Origin: an uncultured Pseudomonadales bacterium
GTDB taxonomy: Bacteria > Pseudomonadota > Gammaproteobacteria > Pseudomonadales > Pseudohongiellaceae
NCBI GenBank assembly: GCA_949430125.1
Contig: CASQMQ010000025.1
Span: 6,297 to 70,296, forward strand
DNA length: 64,000 nt
Direction: 5' to 3'
Each line of letters begins with the position of its first letter. Position 1 is the first letter of the stretch. The position numbers were made by a program, and so were the translations under genes. This document shows, in pieces, positions 37,835 to 46,946 of this stretch. The notes under the pieces are model-generated. The model did no database searches. It was not told the origin of the DNA and was given only the letters and a program-made list of their open reading frames with translations.

Positions 37835-40225
37835 TTAGAAGAGCCCAATCTGGTTGTTTAATATTTTGTCCATAGAGGATGATTTAAATACCAATATGGA
37901 ATCTGCGATCGGCGTTAACTGTCTTTCTATATAGAACTCGTAGTCTATCGCCGATTCACGATACTGGCGAGTCTCTGCACCATTAATTGTCATTATGTAT
38001 TCGATCCAACCTCCCGACTGGTACAGACTTGGCAATTCTCGTTGCCTACGAATATCTTCTGCCTTACGCGCTGCCTGCGCATGGGGTGGAACATTCTTAA
38101 TGTAGTCCTTCAATTTTCGGCGCAGGCGTTTACGCAAAACCAGCTCGTTCTCGAACATTCCATCACCTAATTGTTGAACCGTCAGCTTTATGTAATCTTC
38201 GTAAGGCTCATCAAGAAAAATACGCCTATACAACTCTTTCTGAAATTCACGCGCCAGTGGCGACCAGTCACTTCGAACTGATTCAAGTCCCTTAAACAAC
38301 AGATGCGACTTGTCTGGATTGTTACTATCAGCAATGACCCCAGCATAGCGTTTTTTGCTGCCTGCATCTGAGCCTCTAACAGTCGGCATCAAGAACTTCC
38401 TAAAATGTGTTTCAAACTCCATCTCTAGAAAACTGGAGATGTCATATTTTTCTCTTAGCCTCTTCGTCCACCATTCATTTAGTTGCGAAGTAAGATCTTC
38501 GCCGATTACTTTTACTTGATCGTCTGGAACTGAGCCTAGCAGCACAAACACAGAGTCTGTATCACCATATATTACTTGATAGCCTGCTTCTTCAATGAAA
38601 TATTTGCTCTGGATTAGAATCTCATGGCCACGCTTTGTTATAGAACTCACGAGGCGGGAATCCAAGAACCTGCAGCCCACCGTTCCTAGAATGCCATAGA
38701 ACGAATTCATAATAATCTTGATCGCCTGAGACAACGCCGCGTTCTTACTAGCCTTCGCCTTGTCGCGTGCGGACCACAGGGTGGAGATCAATTCCGGCAG
38801 AATGAATTCCTTACGAGAGAATTTTCCACCGTCATAGCCCTCGATCGGATTCTCCTCATGTGCGGCAACAGCAAGGGCCAGCGGATCTACATGGAATGTC
38901 CTTATGATGCTTGGATATAGGCTCTTGAAATCTAAAACAATCACATTCTGATGAATGCCAGGAATAGAGCCCATCACATAGCCCCCGGGACTGACATTGC
39001 TGACTGTGGATTTGTCTACGAACGGTGCGACGTATCCCTTGCGATGCAGCCGGGGAAGATAGAGAAAGTCGAAGGCTGCAACAGAACCACCGTAACGGTC
39101 AAGTTCCAGTCCCGTCAGCAAACTTCGCTCCATGGCAAAAGAAATGAGCGCCTCCTTCTGGAAAATATCCCAGACCAATCGGCAGTCCTCGAGGTTATAG
39201 CGCGCTAGGGCTGGCTTATTGTTACTAAAAAGCTCGGTGATTTCCGCACCACGTTGATCGACATCTTCTACTAGCTTTCCTCTACCCAACAGCTGACGAG
39301 AGACGTACTCCAGTGAGAAGTTCTCGAATTTATAAGTGGCAGAGCGCATTAATTCGATACCATCCAGCACCACTCGACCGGGCAACAATGCATAGTATCG
39401 ATCGGTGCTATCTCTTTCCTTGCGCCAGCTGATGGCCTCGTTGTTACGCCCTAGCAGCAATGGCATTTTTAGCCGATCACAGAAGTCTTGCAGACAACGC
39501 AGGTCGAAATTCACGATATTCCAACCCATGATCACGTCTGGGTCTAGATCTAAGATCTTCTTAACAAACGCACTGATAACCTCACGCTCAGAATTCAGCT
39601 GGTAGAGTTCTAGATTGCCGCCATCATCAGTCTGATCAATGGAATCCTCAGTTGGACCAACCATATAGACTATTGAAACATCACCCGAATAGATTCCTAT
39701 CGAATAAAGGGTGCTTGCATGATAGTCAGTCTCTATATCTACAGAGACCGCATTAAGCTGTGGTCGGTATTCTGTGGCACGCAAATCGCTAGGTATTATG
39801 TCGCTGAAGCCATCGTTCTCATTCAGACCTCCTTCGATCGAGACAGACGCAGTAATAAAACGCTCCATAAGGAAGCGATCTGTAGGTTTAAGGTCTGCTT
39901 CTGTTATCCGGATGTCTTTTTGAACGAGCCTATTTCGAATATCAAAGAGCTTTCGCTGGCTCTTGAGATAGAGTGCCGACATGAGTTCAGTATCGAAGTT
40001 CTTCAACTGTGTTGCAGCAATTCGCCAGCCAGTTAGCTGCGAGAGAATCTCTTCTACTTGAGCTTGCTGCTGCGTAGGGAAGAAGCAGACAGTTTCCTGC
40101 CTGGAGAAGCGAAGGCGCAGAGGGCCGACATTGCTAGCCAGCCAGAAAATAAGATCGACACCCGCCCCAGTTTCGACCCACTGTCTAGTGAGTATGAATC
40201 CGTCGAGTACCGAGTTTGAGGGAAT
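37835..40225 (-). CDS. polB: DNA polymerase II (family B); N-terminus without a canonical start codon
   Basis: Exonuclease motifs (VSVDIETD), pol motifs VLDFKSLYPSII and IYGDTDSVFV. The ORF track starts at TTG 40006. Conserved N-terminal sequence (DGFILTRQWVETGAGVDLIFWLASNVGPL) continues in frame up to the TAG of the upstream gene. The only candidate start is ATT at 40225-40223. Confidence 0.85.
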   Translation of the reverse strand: MPSNSVLDGFILTRQWVETGAGVDLIFWLASNVGPLRLRFSRQETVCFFPTQQQAQVEEILSQLTGWRIAATQLKNFDTELMSALYLKSQRKLFDIRNRLVQKDIRITEADLKPTDRFLMERFITASVSIEGGLNENDGFSDIIPSDLRATEYRPQLNAVSVDIETDYHASTLYSIGIYSGDVSIVYMVGPTEDSIDQTDDGGNLELYQLNSEREVISAFVKKILDLDPDVIMGWNIVNFDLRCLQDFCDRLKMPLLLGRNNEAISWRKERDSTDRYYALLPGRVVLDGIELMRSATYKFENFSLEYVSRQLLGRGKLVEDVDQRGAEITELFSNNKPALARYNLEDCRLVWDIFQKEALISFAMERSLLTGLELDRYGGSVAAFDFLYLPRLHRKGYVAPFVDKSTVSNVSPGGYVMGSIPGIHQNVIVLDFKSLYPSIIRTFHVDPLALAVAAHEENPIEGYDGGKFSRKEFILPELISTLWSARDKAKASKNAALSQAIKIIMNSFYGILGTVGCRFLDSRLVSSITKRGHEILIQSKYFIEEAGYQVIYGDTDSVFVLLGSVPDDQVKVIGEDLTSQLNEWWTKRLREKYDISSFLEMEFETHFRKFLMPTVRGSDAGSKKRYAGVIADSNNPDKSHLLFKGLESVRSDWSPLAREFQKELYRRIFLDEPYEDYIKLTVQQLGDGMFENELVLRKRLRRKLKDYIKNVPPHAQAARKAEDIRRQRELPSLYQSGGWIEYIMTINGAETRQYRESAIDYEFYIERQLTPIADSILVFKSSSMDKILNNQIGLF

Positions 40226-40231
40226 TAGGGA

Positions 40232-41407
40232 CTAGATGCGCACAGTTCGCGGGAACTGAGCGTAGTTTTCCCAGCGGCTCACCTTATCTGGAAGTTCTTC
40301 CGTAGTCGCTTGTACATTGCCATTGACGTCAGTCACGCGAGATACAATCGTATGCTCTCCCGGCGCGGCATTGTTCCAATCGTAACGGAATAGCTTCCAA
40401 GAATATTTCGTTGATCGCGGATTAATCTCGGCGCGTTCCCATGGACCGTCGTCTACTTTGACTTCGATACTTTCTATAGATGTGCCATCGTTTAGTACAA
40501 AACCTTGAATCGTGTGTTGGCCACCCATCTCCGTAACACGAACGATAGAAGACTTCAGGTTTATGGTGGTAACAGAGTTTTCAACCCAGCGTTCTATGCC
40601 ACCTATGCTTTCTTTCTTCAGAGTCACATAGTCACGCCCCATGAAGCGACCCATATATCGAGTGTCTTGAATATGGATCTGATTTAACCATTTTACATTG
40701 GAAACGCCATACCAACCCGGGATCAATGCACGTACCGGCTTGCCATGATAAAGCGGCAGCGGCTCTCCATTCATTTCAAATGCGAGCATATTTTCAGGGC
40801 GCATCGCATCGTCAATGGATAGGCTGCGTGCGAATGCTTTCTCGACTTCGGTCTCGCGAATCGTCTCGGTTTGAACATCGGTTCCGAAGAATACGATTTC
40901 CTTAGCGCCGTCTTGAATGCCCGCTTCCTCTAGAATACTTGCCAGCGAGACACCACGCCAGCGCGCGTTACCAATAAGCCCCTGAAACAATCCTCGGCTG
41001 TTGCCGCCGCACTCAAATCCAACTTGCTGTTCGATATTGTCTCGGGCCATGAGTTCTGAAAGAGAAAACTCTAACTCATTGTCTACCATGCCTGTCACTT
41101 TCAGCTTATAGGAATCGTTGTCAATCTCTGGCTGACCATAGTGCTGTACTATGTAGAAATCATCGTTGTCGGTGAAATGGGTCGTTATTTCGCGCGTATC
41201 CAACCAGTGAGTCGAGTTTGGTCGAGCCGGGCGCGCGTTGAAAGTATCAGGCACGTCAGTAAAGGGGACGAGTTGCTCGCCTTGGGCTAGCGCGGGAAAG
41301 ATAAACCCTGGTACTGACGCAGCTCCAGCTGCCAAGGCTCCTGTGCCTAGAGCACCTTTAAGAATATCGCGTCGAGAACTATCGGTTGGCTTGTCATCTT
41401 GATTCAT
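40232..41407 (-). CDS. Tat-exported molybdopterin oxidoreductase of the sulfite-oxidase family
   Basis: It has the twin-arginine signal SRRDILKGALGTGALAAGAA, the Moco-binding core FECGGNSR (the Cys ligand context) and a C-terminal Ig-like dimerisation domain; 391 aa. Confidence 0.8.
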   Translation of the reverse strand: MNQDDKPTDSSRRDILKGALGTGALAAGAASVPGFIFPALAQGEQLVPFTDVPDTFNARPARPNSTHWLDTREITTHFTDNDDFYIVQHYGQPEIDNDSYKLKVTGMVDNELEFSLSELMARDNIEQQVGFECGGNSRGLFQGLIGNARWRGVSLASILEEAGIQDGAKEIVFFGTDVQTETIRETEVEKAFARSLSIDDAMRPENMLAFEMNGEPLPLYHGKPVRALIPGWYGVSNVKWLNQIHIQDTRYMGRFMGRDYVTLKKESIGGIERWVENSVTTINLKSSIVRVTEMGGQHTIQGFVLNDGTSIESIEVKVDDGPWERAEINPRSTKYSWKLFRYDWNNAAPGEHTIVSRVTDVNGNVQATTEELPDKVSRWENYAQFPRTVRI

Positions 41408-41554
41408 GATCTTCTCTCTTTTTCTTGGTTCCGCTGGCTCTCAATCTCTCTAAGAGAAGCACCAGCACCGGAGTCGGGCCTTAGTGTTAGTCGAACAACC
41501 TTATCACAACAAACTAGTGCGAACCCAGTCGTAAAACGATGAATTCATGAATTG

Positions 41555-41827
41555 TCACGCTAGCGAATTTATTTCTTCATCTAGTCTAAAATTCTTGTTG
41601 GTGACGATGGATTCTAGCACCTGAATACGTCCCTCGAGCTCAAGAGTTTTCGCCTTCAGAGCGACATTTTCATCCTGCAGCTGTCCTGATCCGCTTTTTA
41701 GCTGCTCAGTGCGATATTTGATATAGACACTGAAACTAACGAACGAAAACACTATAGCAACTATCAATACCGGCATTAATCCATCATCCATTCGAATAGT
41801 CCCTGCTAAGAAATCTGTAGATTTCAA
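41555..41827 (-). CDS. Small membrane protein with a C-terminal coiled coil, possibly PspB-like
   Basis: One TM helix (LMPVLIVAIVFSFVSFSVYI) is followed by LELEGRIQVLESIV, reminiscent of PspB (IQALESIL). This is weak and from memory. The likely start is M13 at 41791. Confidence 0.35.
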   Translation of the reverse strand: MKSTDFLAGTIRMDDGLMPVLIVAIVFSFVSFSVYIKYRTEQLKSGSGQLQDENVALKAKTLELEGRIQVLESIVTNKNFRLDEEINSLA

Positions 41828-41890
41828 TACTCAACACCCACGCCTATCAGAATTCTAAGGATCTACAGATAGGCAGCCTTATCACTGGTC

Positions 41891-42421
41891 ATGTTCGCCA
41901 ATCGGCCTGAGCTGCCCGCAAGAGTGAGTCCAATCACGCAACCAAGACATTGCGCCGTGCGAACGCTCGTCGAGTCGAAGAGCACCCAGAGCTGCTTGGC
42001 GGGTTGGCGTGTGCTAACCGGTTTTCATAATTGGTCAGATTGGATTCCAGGAGTACGCAGTGTAAAGCAGACAGGACTCCCAGCAAGAGGCACCAAACTT
42101 CAAGTAGATAGCGGGCACAAGATGACGACCTGCTCCATTGATCGTCGGGACCCGCCTAGAAGCCTCCAGGTCAGCATCGACCTTGCCCCCGGACAGATAG
42201 CCTATGGCTTCCTGATTGAAACTAGCCCCGAGAATGCAGAAATGTGTATTTCTCTCGACTTGGAACGCCGCCTTATTGGCGTGTCTCGTATCGCCGCTCT
42301 TTTCTTCAGATGGCGACTACAGAAACTCGGGGCCAAAATACTTACCAATCTAACCCCCAGAACAAGACCACCAAAGAACAACTATGACTACATGCTAGAT
42401 AATAGTGGCTATTGCTACTAA
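41891..42421 (+). CDS. SRPBCC (START/polyketide-cyclase-like) family protein
   Basis: WRVLTGFHNWSDWIPGVRSV resembles the N-terminal W..L.D...W..W.P motif of SRPBCC proteins; 176 aa. Confidence 0.45.
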   Translation: MFANRPELPARVSPITQPRHCAVRTLVESKSTQSCLAGWRVLTGFHNWSDWIPGVRSVKQTGLPARGTKLQVDSGHKMTTCSIDRRDPPRSLQVSIDLAPGQIAYGFLIETSPENAEMCISLDLERRLIGVSRIAALFFRWRLQKLGAKILTNLTPRTRPPKNNYDYMLDNSGYCY

Positions 42422-42471
42422 CGTCCCCAACAACTGATGTGGCCGCCTTGACGTTATCCGGCCTATTCCTG

Positions 42472-42966
42472 TCAGTGCTGATGCCCGCCCGCGCCATGCA
42501 CATGACCATGCGCAATCTCTTCTGCACTTGCATCACGAATACCTTCCACCTGCACTTCGTAGTAGAGAACCTTTCCTGCCAAAGGGTGATTGAAGTCCAC
42601 GTCGGCATTAAATTTTCCAACCTTAAGAATAACAACCGCGCGCTTTCCTTGATTGGTTTCTACAGTCGCAGGCATGCCGGGTAATATTTTCTTTACCGGG
42701 CCAGGAAACTGTAAATGTTTGATAGGAACTCGCTGCGTAGAATTTGGACGGCGGAATCCATATGCATCATCTGGTTGCAGCGTAATCTCAATCGCGTCAC
42801 CTACCGTCTTGCCTTCCAGTGCTTTTTCCAACCCCACCACCACATTGTGAAACCCATGCAGATAGACCAGCGGCCTACCTGAATGAGACTCCTCGCGCCA
42901 ATCCCCACGATCGCCATCTACTCCCACTTCGGCCAACCGATAGTGAAAACTAACAACCTTGTTCAT
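42472..42966 (-). CDS. slyD: FKBP-type peptidyl-prolyl isomerase SlyD
   Basis: The ATG at 42966 gives MNKVVSFHYRLAEV...PLVYLHGFHNVVVGLEKALEGKTVGD...FNHPLAGKVLYYEVQV and a His-rich tail HGHVHGAGGHQH. The ORF track extends the ORF to 43029. Confidence 0.85.
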   Translation of the reverse strand: MNKVVSFHYRLAEVGVDGDRGDWREESHSGRPLVYLHGFHNVVVGLEKALEGKTVGDAIEITLQPDDAYGFRRPNSTQRVPIKHLQFPGPVKKILPGMPATVETNQGKRAVVILKVGKFNADVDFNHPLAGKVLYYEVQVEGIRDASAEEIAHGHVHGAGGHQH

Positions 42967-43409
42967 AGTGATAGCTTGCTCTGATTTTCCTTTTGCTGCT
43001 TGTTCTTCTGGTAACGGTGCTTCTGACATTTAGCTCTCCTGCGTGTGGAGGGGATTCTAGCAGATGATACGAGCTTATATGTAGTAGCTGCCTGCCGATA
43101 CCATCTGCCCCAATGTATTGAAGAAATTATTACCATGGTAATTTCATTGTGGTAACTTGGAAAAATTAATTCTTCTGCGAATTCAATAGGTTTCAAGATA
43201 GAGAAAAGCACTTACACAATATTCATCCAATACTAGCGGGGCTCGCCTTCGCCGAGATAATCAATTTCCTCCATCCAATAGAACTATAAATTATGCAACA
43301 GGTTCGATTTCCCAAATTTCCACCGACCACTGTTCCTATAAAAACAATGTTAGGCAACTCCGATTGAACGCTCGCTACTCTGTTAATGAGGGCGCACATC
43401 TACTAGGAG

Positions 43410-43610
43410 ATGTCTCGTAAGCAGCTAGAGGATATTGAAACTATCCGCAACTATGGCTGCCATTTAGACCTCGAGTTGCTGGCTAAGATGAAGGTCATTT
43501 ATAAGACCTCTTTAGATAAACTAGTAGGTGAAATCCGAGAAGATTATTACTCCGAATTCTATGTTCGGTCCCCGAAAAAGACTGGGCCCGAAGTCTCGCT
43601 AACCCGCTGA
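43410..43610 (+). CDS. Hypothetical 66-aa protein (doubtful)
   Basis: It appears in the ORF track only. AGGAG abuts the ATG with no spacer, and I recognise no motif. Confidence 0.2.
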   Translation: MSRKQLEDIETIRNYGCHLDLELLAKMKVIYKTSLDKLVGEIREDYYSEFYVRSPKKTGPEVSLTR

Positions 43611-43777
43611 ACCCAATCTAGAGCAGCCTGTACAACAACCAGCAAAGTGCAGACCCAGATTCATGGATCTGTTCAGGGCGCAACTCCAGACAGAAATTGC
43701 CTACATCCCGCCATGTGGCCGCAAGTGCCGAAATGGTGTACAATTTCCCGCTTTTGTGGAATTAGAGAAAGTTAAGC

Positions 43778-43954
43778 ATGGCAAATAAATCAAAAAAAGA
43801 CGCGGCTGTAAGTAATCGCGCAGATCTAGCACAGCACGTAGACACATTCTTAAAGTCAGGCGGTAAAGTGCAAGAAATCCCTTCTGGTGTTAGTGGTCAA
43901 ACCTCGACCAGTGGCCCAAGACAGATAGTGCTTAGCCACAAAACCAGCTCTTAG
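43778..43954 (+). CDS. Hypothetical 58-aa basic protein
   Basis: MANKSKKDAAVSNRADLAQHVDTFLKSGGKVQEIPSGVSGQTSTSGPRQIVLSHKTSS. The FLxxGGKVQEI motif resembles, from memory only, the conserved C-terminal segment of SutA-type RNAP-binding proteins. It is below the ORF-track size cutoff. Confidence 0.3.
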   Translation: MANKSKKDAAVSNRADLAQHVDTFLKSGGKVQEIPSGVSGQTSTSGPRQIVLSHKTSS

Positions 43955-44325
43955 TAACCTTGCTATAGCTGCGCAGAGATTCTAGGCAGACGTTCACTCT
44001 GTTTGCGTGACCTTTACGTAATCTCTGCGTGACTCACTTACATACTCCGCTTTGCTCTGCCGTTGAGCTAGAGCTGGCTAATCTCGTAGCCCTTCTGTGA
44101 GACCAAGTCTAACAACCCGTATTTCGAAGAATCGACTCCACTGATTTTTGCATTTCTACTTCTTGCTACTGATAACTACTACTTCTTTAAGCAATGCCGA
44201 TTGAGCGACTTGAATTAGCTATCTACTCAGGTATTTACTGCAAGGTTTTACACTACTAAGTGTTAAAGGTAGCATGCTCGCATCTAACGCAAAAGCGAAT
44301 CAAGGCGCAGGCCGGCAAACCCATC

Positions 44326-44685
44326 ATGTCAAAATTAGTATTCAGACTGCGTAACGTTCCCATTGATGAGGCACAGGATATACGCGAGCTTTTAGAGAAC
44401 AATGACATTGCCTACTTCGAAACTTCGGCAGGTAACTGGGGAATTTCATTCCCCGCTATTTGGATACATGAGTCTGAGAAATTCGAATTAACGCGGCAAT
44501 TGATCGGTGAATACCAGAATGAGCGTGCTGAGCGATTACGCAAAGAGTACCAATCGAGCAGAGCGAACGGCGAGGTGAAAACTGTTTGGCAGAGCTTTAC
44601 AGAAAACCCACTCCGATTTACCGCTTTTTCGGCGATAATCGTCGTCATACTAATTATTTACATGCGGGTTTTTGTATTCTTCTGA
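44326..44685 (+). CDS. Conserved hypothetical protein with a C-terminal TM helix (DUF6164-like)
   Basis: The ATG at 44326 gives MSKLVFRLRNVPIDEAQDIRELLENNDIAYFETSAGNWGISFPAIWI, which I recall as the DUF6164 pattern. The C-terminal helix is FTAFSAIIVVILIIYMRVFVFF. Confidence 0.45.
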   Translation: MSKLVFRLRNVPIDEAQDIRELLENNDIAYFETSAGNWGISFPAIWIHESEKFELTRQLIGEYQNERAERLRKEYQSSRANGEVKTVWQSFTENPLRFTAFSAIIVVILIIYMRVFVFF

Positions 44686-45093
44686 GCTGTGTCTCGAGAG
44701 CCGCTACAGTAACTAGTTAAATGCTAGACCAGCTCACTAATCCGTTACGAGCGGATTGATCTTGATATTGCTGGAAGCCTTCTCAATTAAATTTCAGAGG
44801 ACTTTACTCAACAGCTGGCCATTTGCCTGCCAATTATTTGCTACGACACTTTACAGTGCTGGAATTGTGTTATATAAAATCTCTAGGACTTTGTTAGTGA
44901 TTCTAACGGGGGGAATTTGCTAACAATACTTAGCTACCCTGGCATTAAAAAAGGAGGTGATCCCATCAATTATCAATCTATTAAGGGAGCCTCCAGTTAC
45001 TTTATCTAAGTAGGTAGTTAAATACTTGATCGGGTAATTGGAGAGGCATCGTCGATACTAGTTCGCGATTCCTTTGCTCCCAGTAAGTACTAG

Positions 45094-45130
45094 ATCCCGT
45101 TATCGCGTCCAGTGATAGCGGGATTTTTTT
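45094..45130 (+). terminator. Intrinsic terminator
   Basis: An 11-bp stem, atcccgttatc (45094-45104) pairing with gatagcgggat (45114-45124) with one G-U pair. It has a 9-nt loop and a T7 run at 45124-45130. Confidence 0.6.
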
Positions 45131-45155
45131 AGGGAAGAAATGATTTTACGCACAG

Positions 45156-46000
45156 CTAGTGAGTGCCGAGGTAACTTCGCAGTCTTGCTGGAAAATTCTT
45201 CTTGATCAATGCCTGCTGCAAGTTGCATTCTTGGGCTGCTTCAATTTCTTTCAGAAAAATTACTTTGCCAAACTCCAATACGGCTATAGGAATACCATTC
45301 TCGTAAAGCACTCGGTTCTTACTCAGTCTCAAGAGATTACGGTTAGGGGAAATTAGATTTAAAAGATTTAGCGGATCTACCGCTGAGAGACTGTAGTATC
45401 TAGGCTTGTTCGAATTGACTTGTTTCTTAAATTTGCGCAGAACGTCCACCGTTTCAGGGCGGGCAAATTGCTCGCCACCAACACCTGCTACAAACCGGCC
45501 GCCACGAATAGTGCCACGTAGCTCCATTTTACGCAGTGCCTTTAGCAAAACGCGCCACGGAGGCAAAAATAACTCTCTCTCCAACACACCGCGGAATATG
45601 ACTCCCCAGCGCTGTAAGTAGATCCCGATAAGCCTCTCGACTTGTTCCTCATCGAGAACATGCCAGTGCCGACTATTCGTGTGAGGTTGACCTAGCGCCT
45701 CGTCTGTTTCCAACAAGCTCCACCTGCCCGCATCTTCAACGCCGAACATGGCCTCGACGGCCTCGCCTTTTATGCGCACTTGGCTTCTTTTTTATTCGGG
45801 AGTAGCAGTGCACGTAAGCCGGTAAAGCTATCGCTAGTTATCGAAACGAGAGTGAAGACCCCAAGGTTTGCAATAGTCACAGCGAGAGCGCTAGCTGCTT
45901 GGACACAGCGCAAGAACCCAACATTCGGGCTCCACACTCATCAGCGCTCAATCTCCAGCTGCCTCAAGCGAATTGACATGCCTGGAAGACCTGGGCTAGG
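45156..46000 (-). pseudogene. lhr: C-terminal stump of an Lhr-type large ATP-dependent helicase
   Basis: ORF 45156..45779 contains YLQRWGVIFRGVLERELFLPPWRVLLKALRKMELRGTIRGGRFVAGVGGEQFARPE, the Lhr C-terminal signature. Upstream, in another frame, is LVSITSDSFTGLRALLLP, preceded by stops. The roughly 1200 codons of helicase core that should lie further upstream are absent, and lepB starts at 46027. The upper boundary is approximate. Confidence 0.7.
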
Positions 46001-46026
46001 TTAGAGGCCACTAAGGTGTAGAAGTA

Positions 46027-46728
46027 ATGAATGATCTAAATAAAGCCAGTATTACCGAGCGTCTCGGCAGCAACCTGAATCTGTTTTGGAAGGAAAATAG
46101 ACAATTTTTCCTATTGCTGACCTGCATCGTCTTTTTCAAGAGCGCAATCGCCGACCTGAGCTCTATCTCCGGCGCCTCTATGCAGCCTACGCTACTCGAT
46201 GGCGACAAAGTCTGGGTGAATAAGCTCGCGTACGACATAAAGATACCCTTCACCGAGATATCCCTAGGCCAGCTCTCCGATCCTAGTGGCGGCGATGTAG
46301 TCATCATCGACTCTAAAAAGGCTGATAAGCGACTTGTTAAGCGCATTGTCGGCGTGCCTGGCGACACCATCTACATGCAGAACAACGCCCTTGTTATCAA
46401 TGGCGAGGCCGCGCATTACGAGGTTCTCTCCAGAGATGACGATTCCATTATCATTCTAGAAGAGCTCCCGGATAAGACGCATCAGGCGCGTTTGTCCAAC
46501 CGCTTCGTCAGCCGAACCGCTCGCAGCTATGGACCTACCGTGGTGCCTGAAGGCCAATACTTCGTGTTGGGAGACAATCGCGATAACAGCGCAGACAGTC
46601 GTGTCTACAGCTTCGTGCCCAGAGAAGAAATCATCGGCCGCTCAAACTCCGTGGTTTTCTCTCTCGATAGTGACAATAACTATCTACCGCGTGGCGAGAG
46701 ATTTCTCGCAGGCCTCGATCAAAATTAG
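46027..46728 (+). CDS. lepB: Signal peptidase I
   Basis: SGASMQPTL (catalytic Ser), VKRIVGVPGDTI (catalytic Lys) and GDNRDNSADSR; 233 aa. Confidence 0.9.
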   Translation: MNDLNKASITERLGSNLNLFWKENRQFFLLLTCIVFFKSAIADLSSISGASMQPTLLDGDKVWVNKLAYDIKIPFTEISLGQLSDPSGGDVVIIDSKKADKRLVKRIVGVPGDTIYMQNNALVINGEAAHYEVLSRDDDSIIILEELPDKTHQARLSNRFVSRTARSYGPTVVPEGQYFVLGDNRDNSADSRVYSFVPREEIIGRSNSVVFSLDSDNNYLPRGERFLAGLDQN

Positions 46729-46946
46729 ACATTAATCCAAATTCAGCCCTGTGCCGCTGAATATGCAGCGCTACAGTGCTTCTATGGCCAATATATGGCG
46801 CACCACATTGAAGCAGCTCATCAAATTCGAAGTAATTTAACTATCTTGAAATAAAACCGGCATGAATCGGGTATTGTTAGTAATGCTTTAACTCGCTCAA
46901 AAAGCGAGGCTAGGGCAGAAATTTTGTTAAAACTCGCGAGGTAGTC

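Noticed and set aside
42963-43211. An 82-aa minus-strand ORF upstream of slyD
   Set aside because: It overlaps the slyD 5' region, has no ribosome binding site or motif, and runs through the palindrome region. It is probably not coding.
44951-44963. Fragment of an rRNA operon (16S 3' end on the minus strand)
   Set aside because: Only 13 nt match, and the flanking bases on both sides diverge from 16S and ITS sequence. No other rRNA-like sequence was seen in the window.
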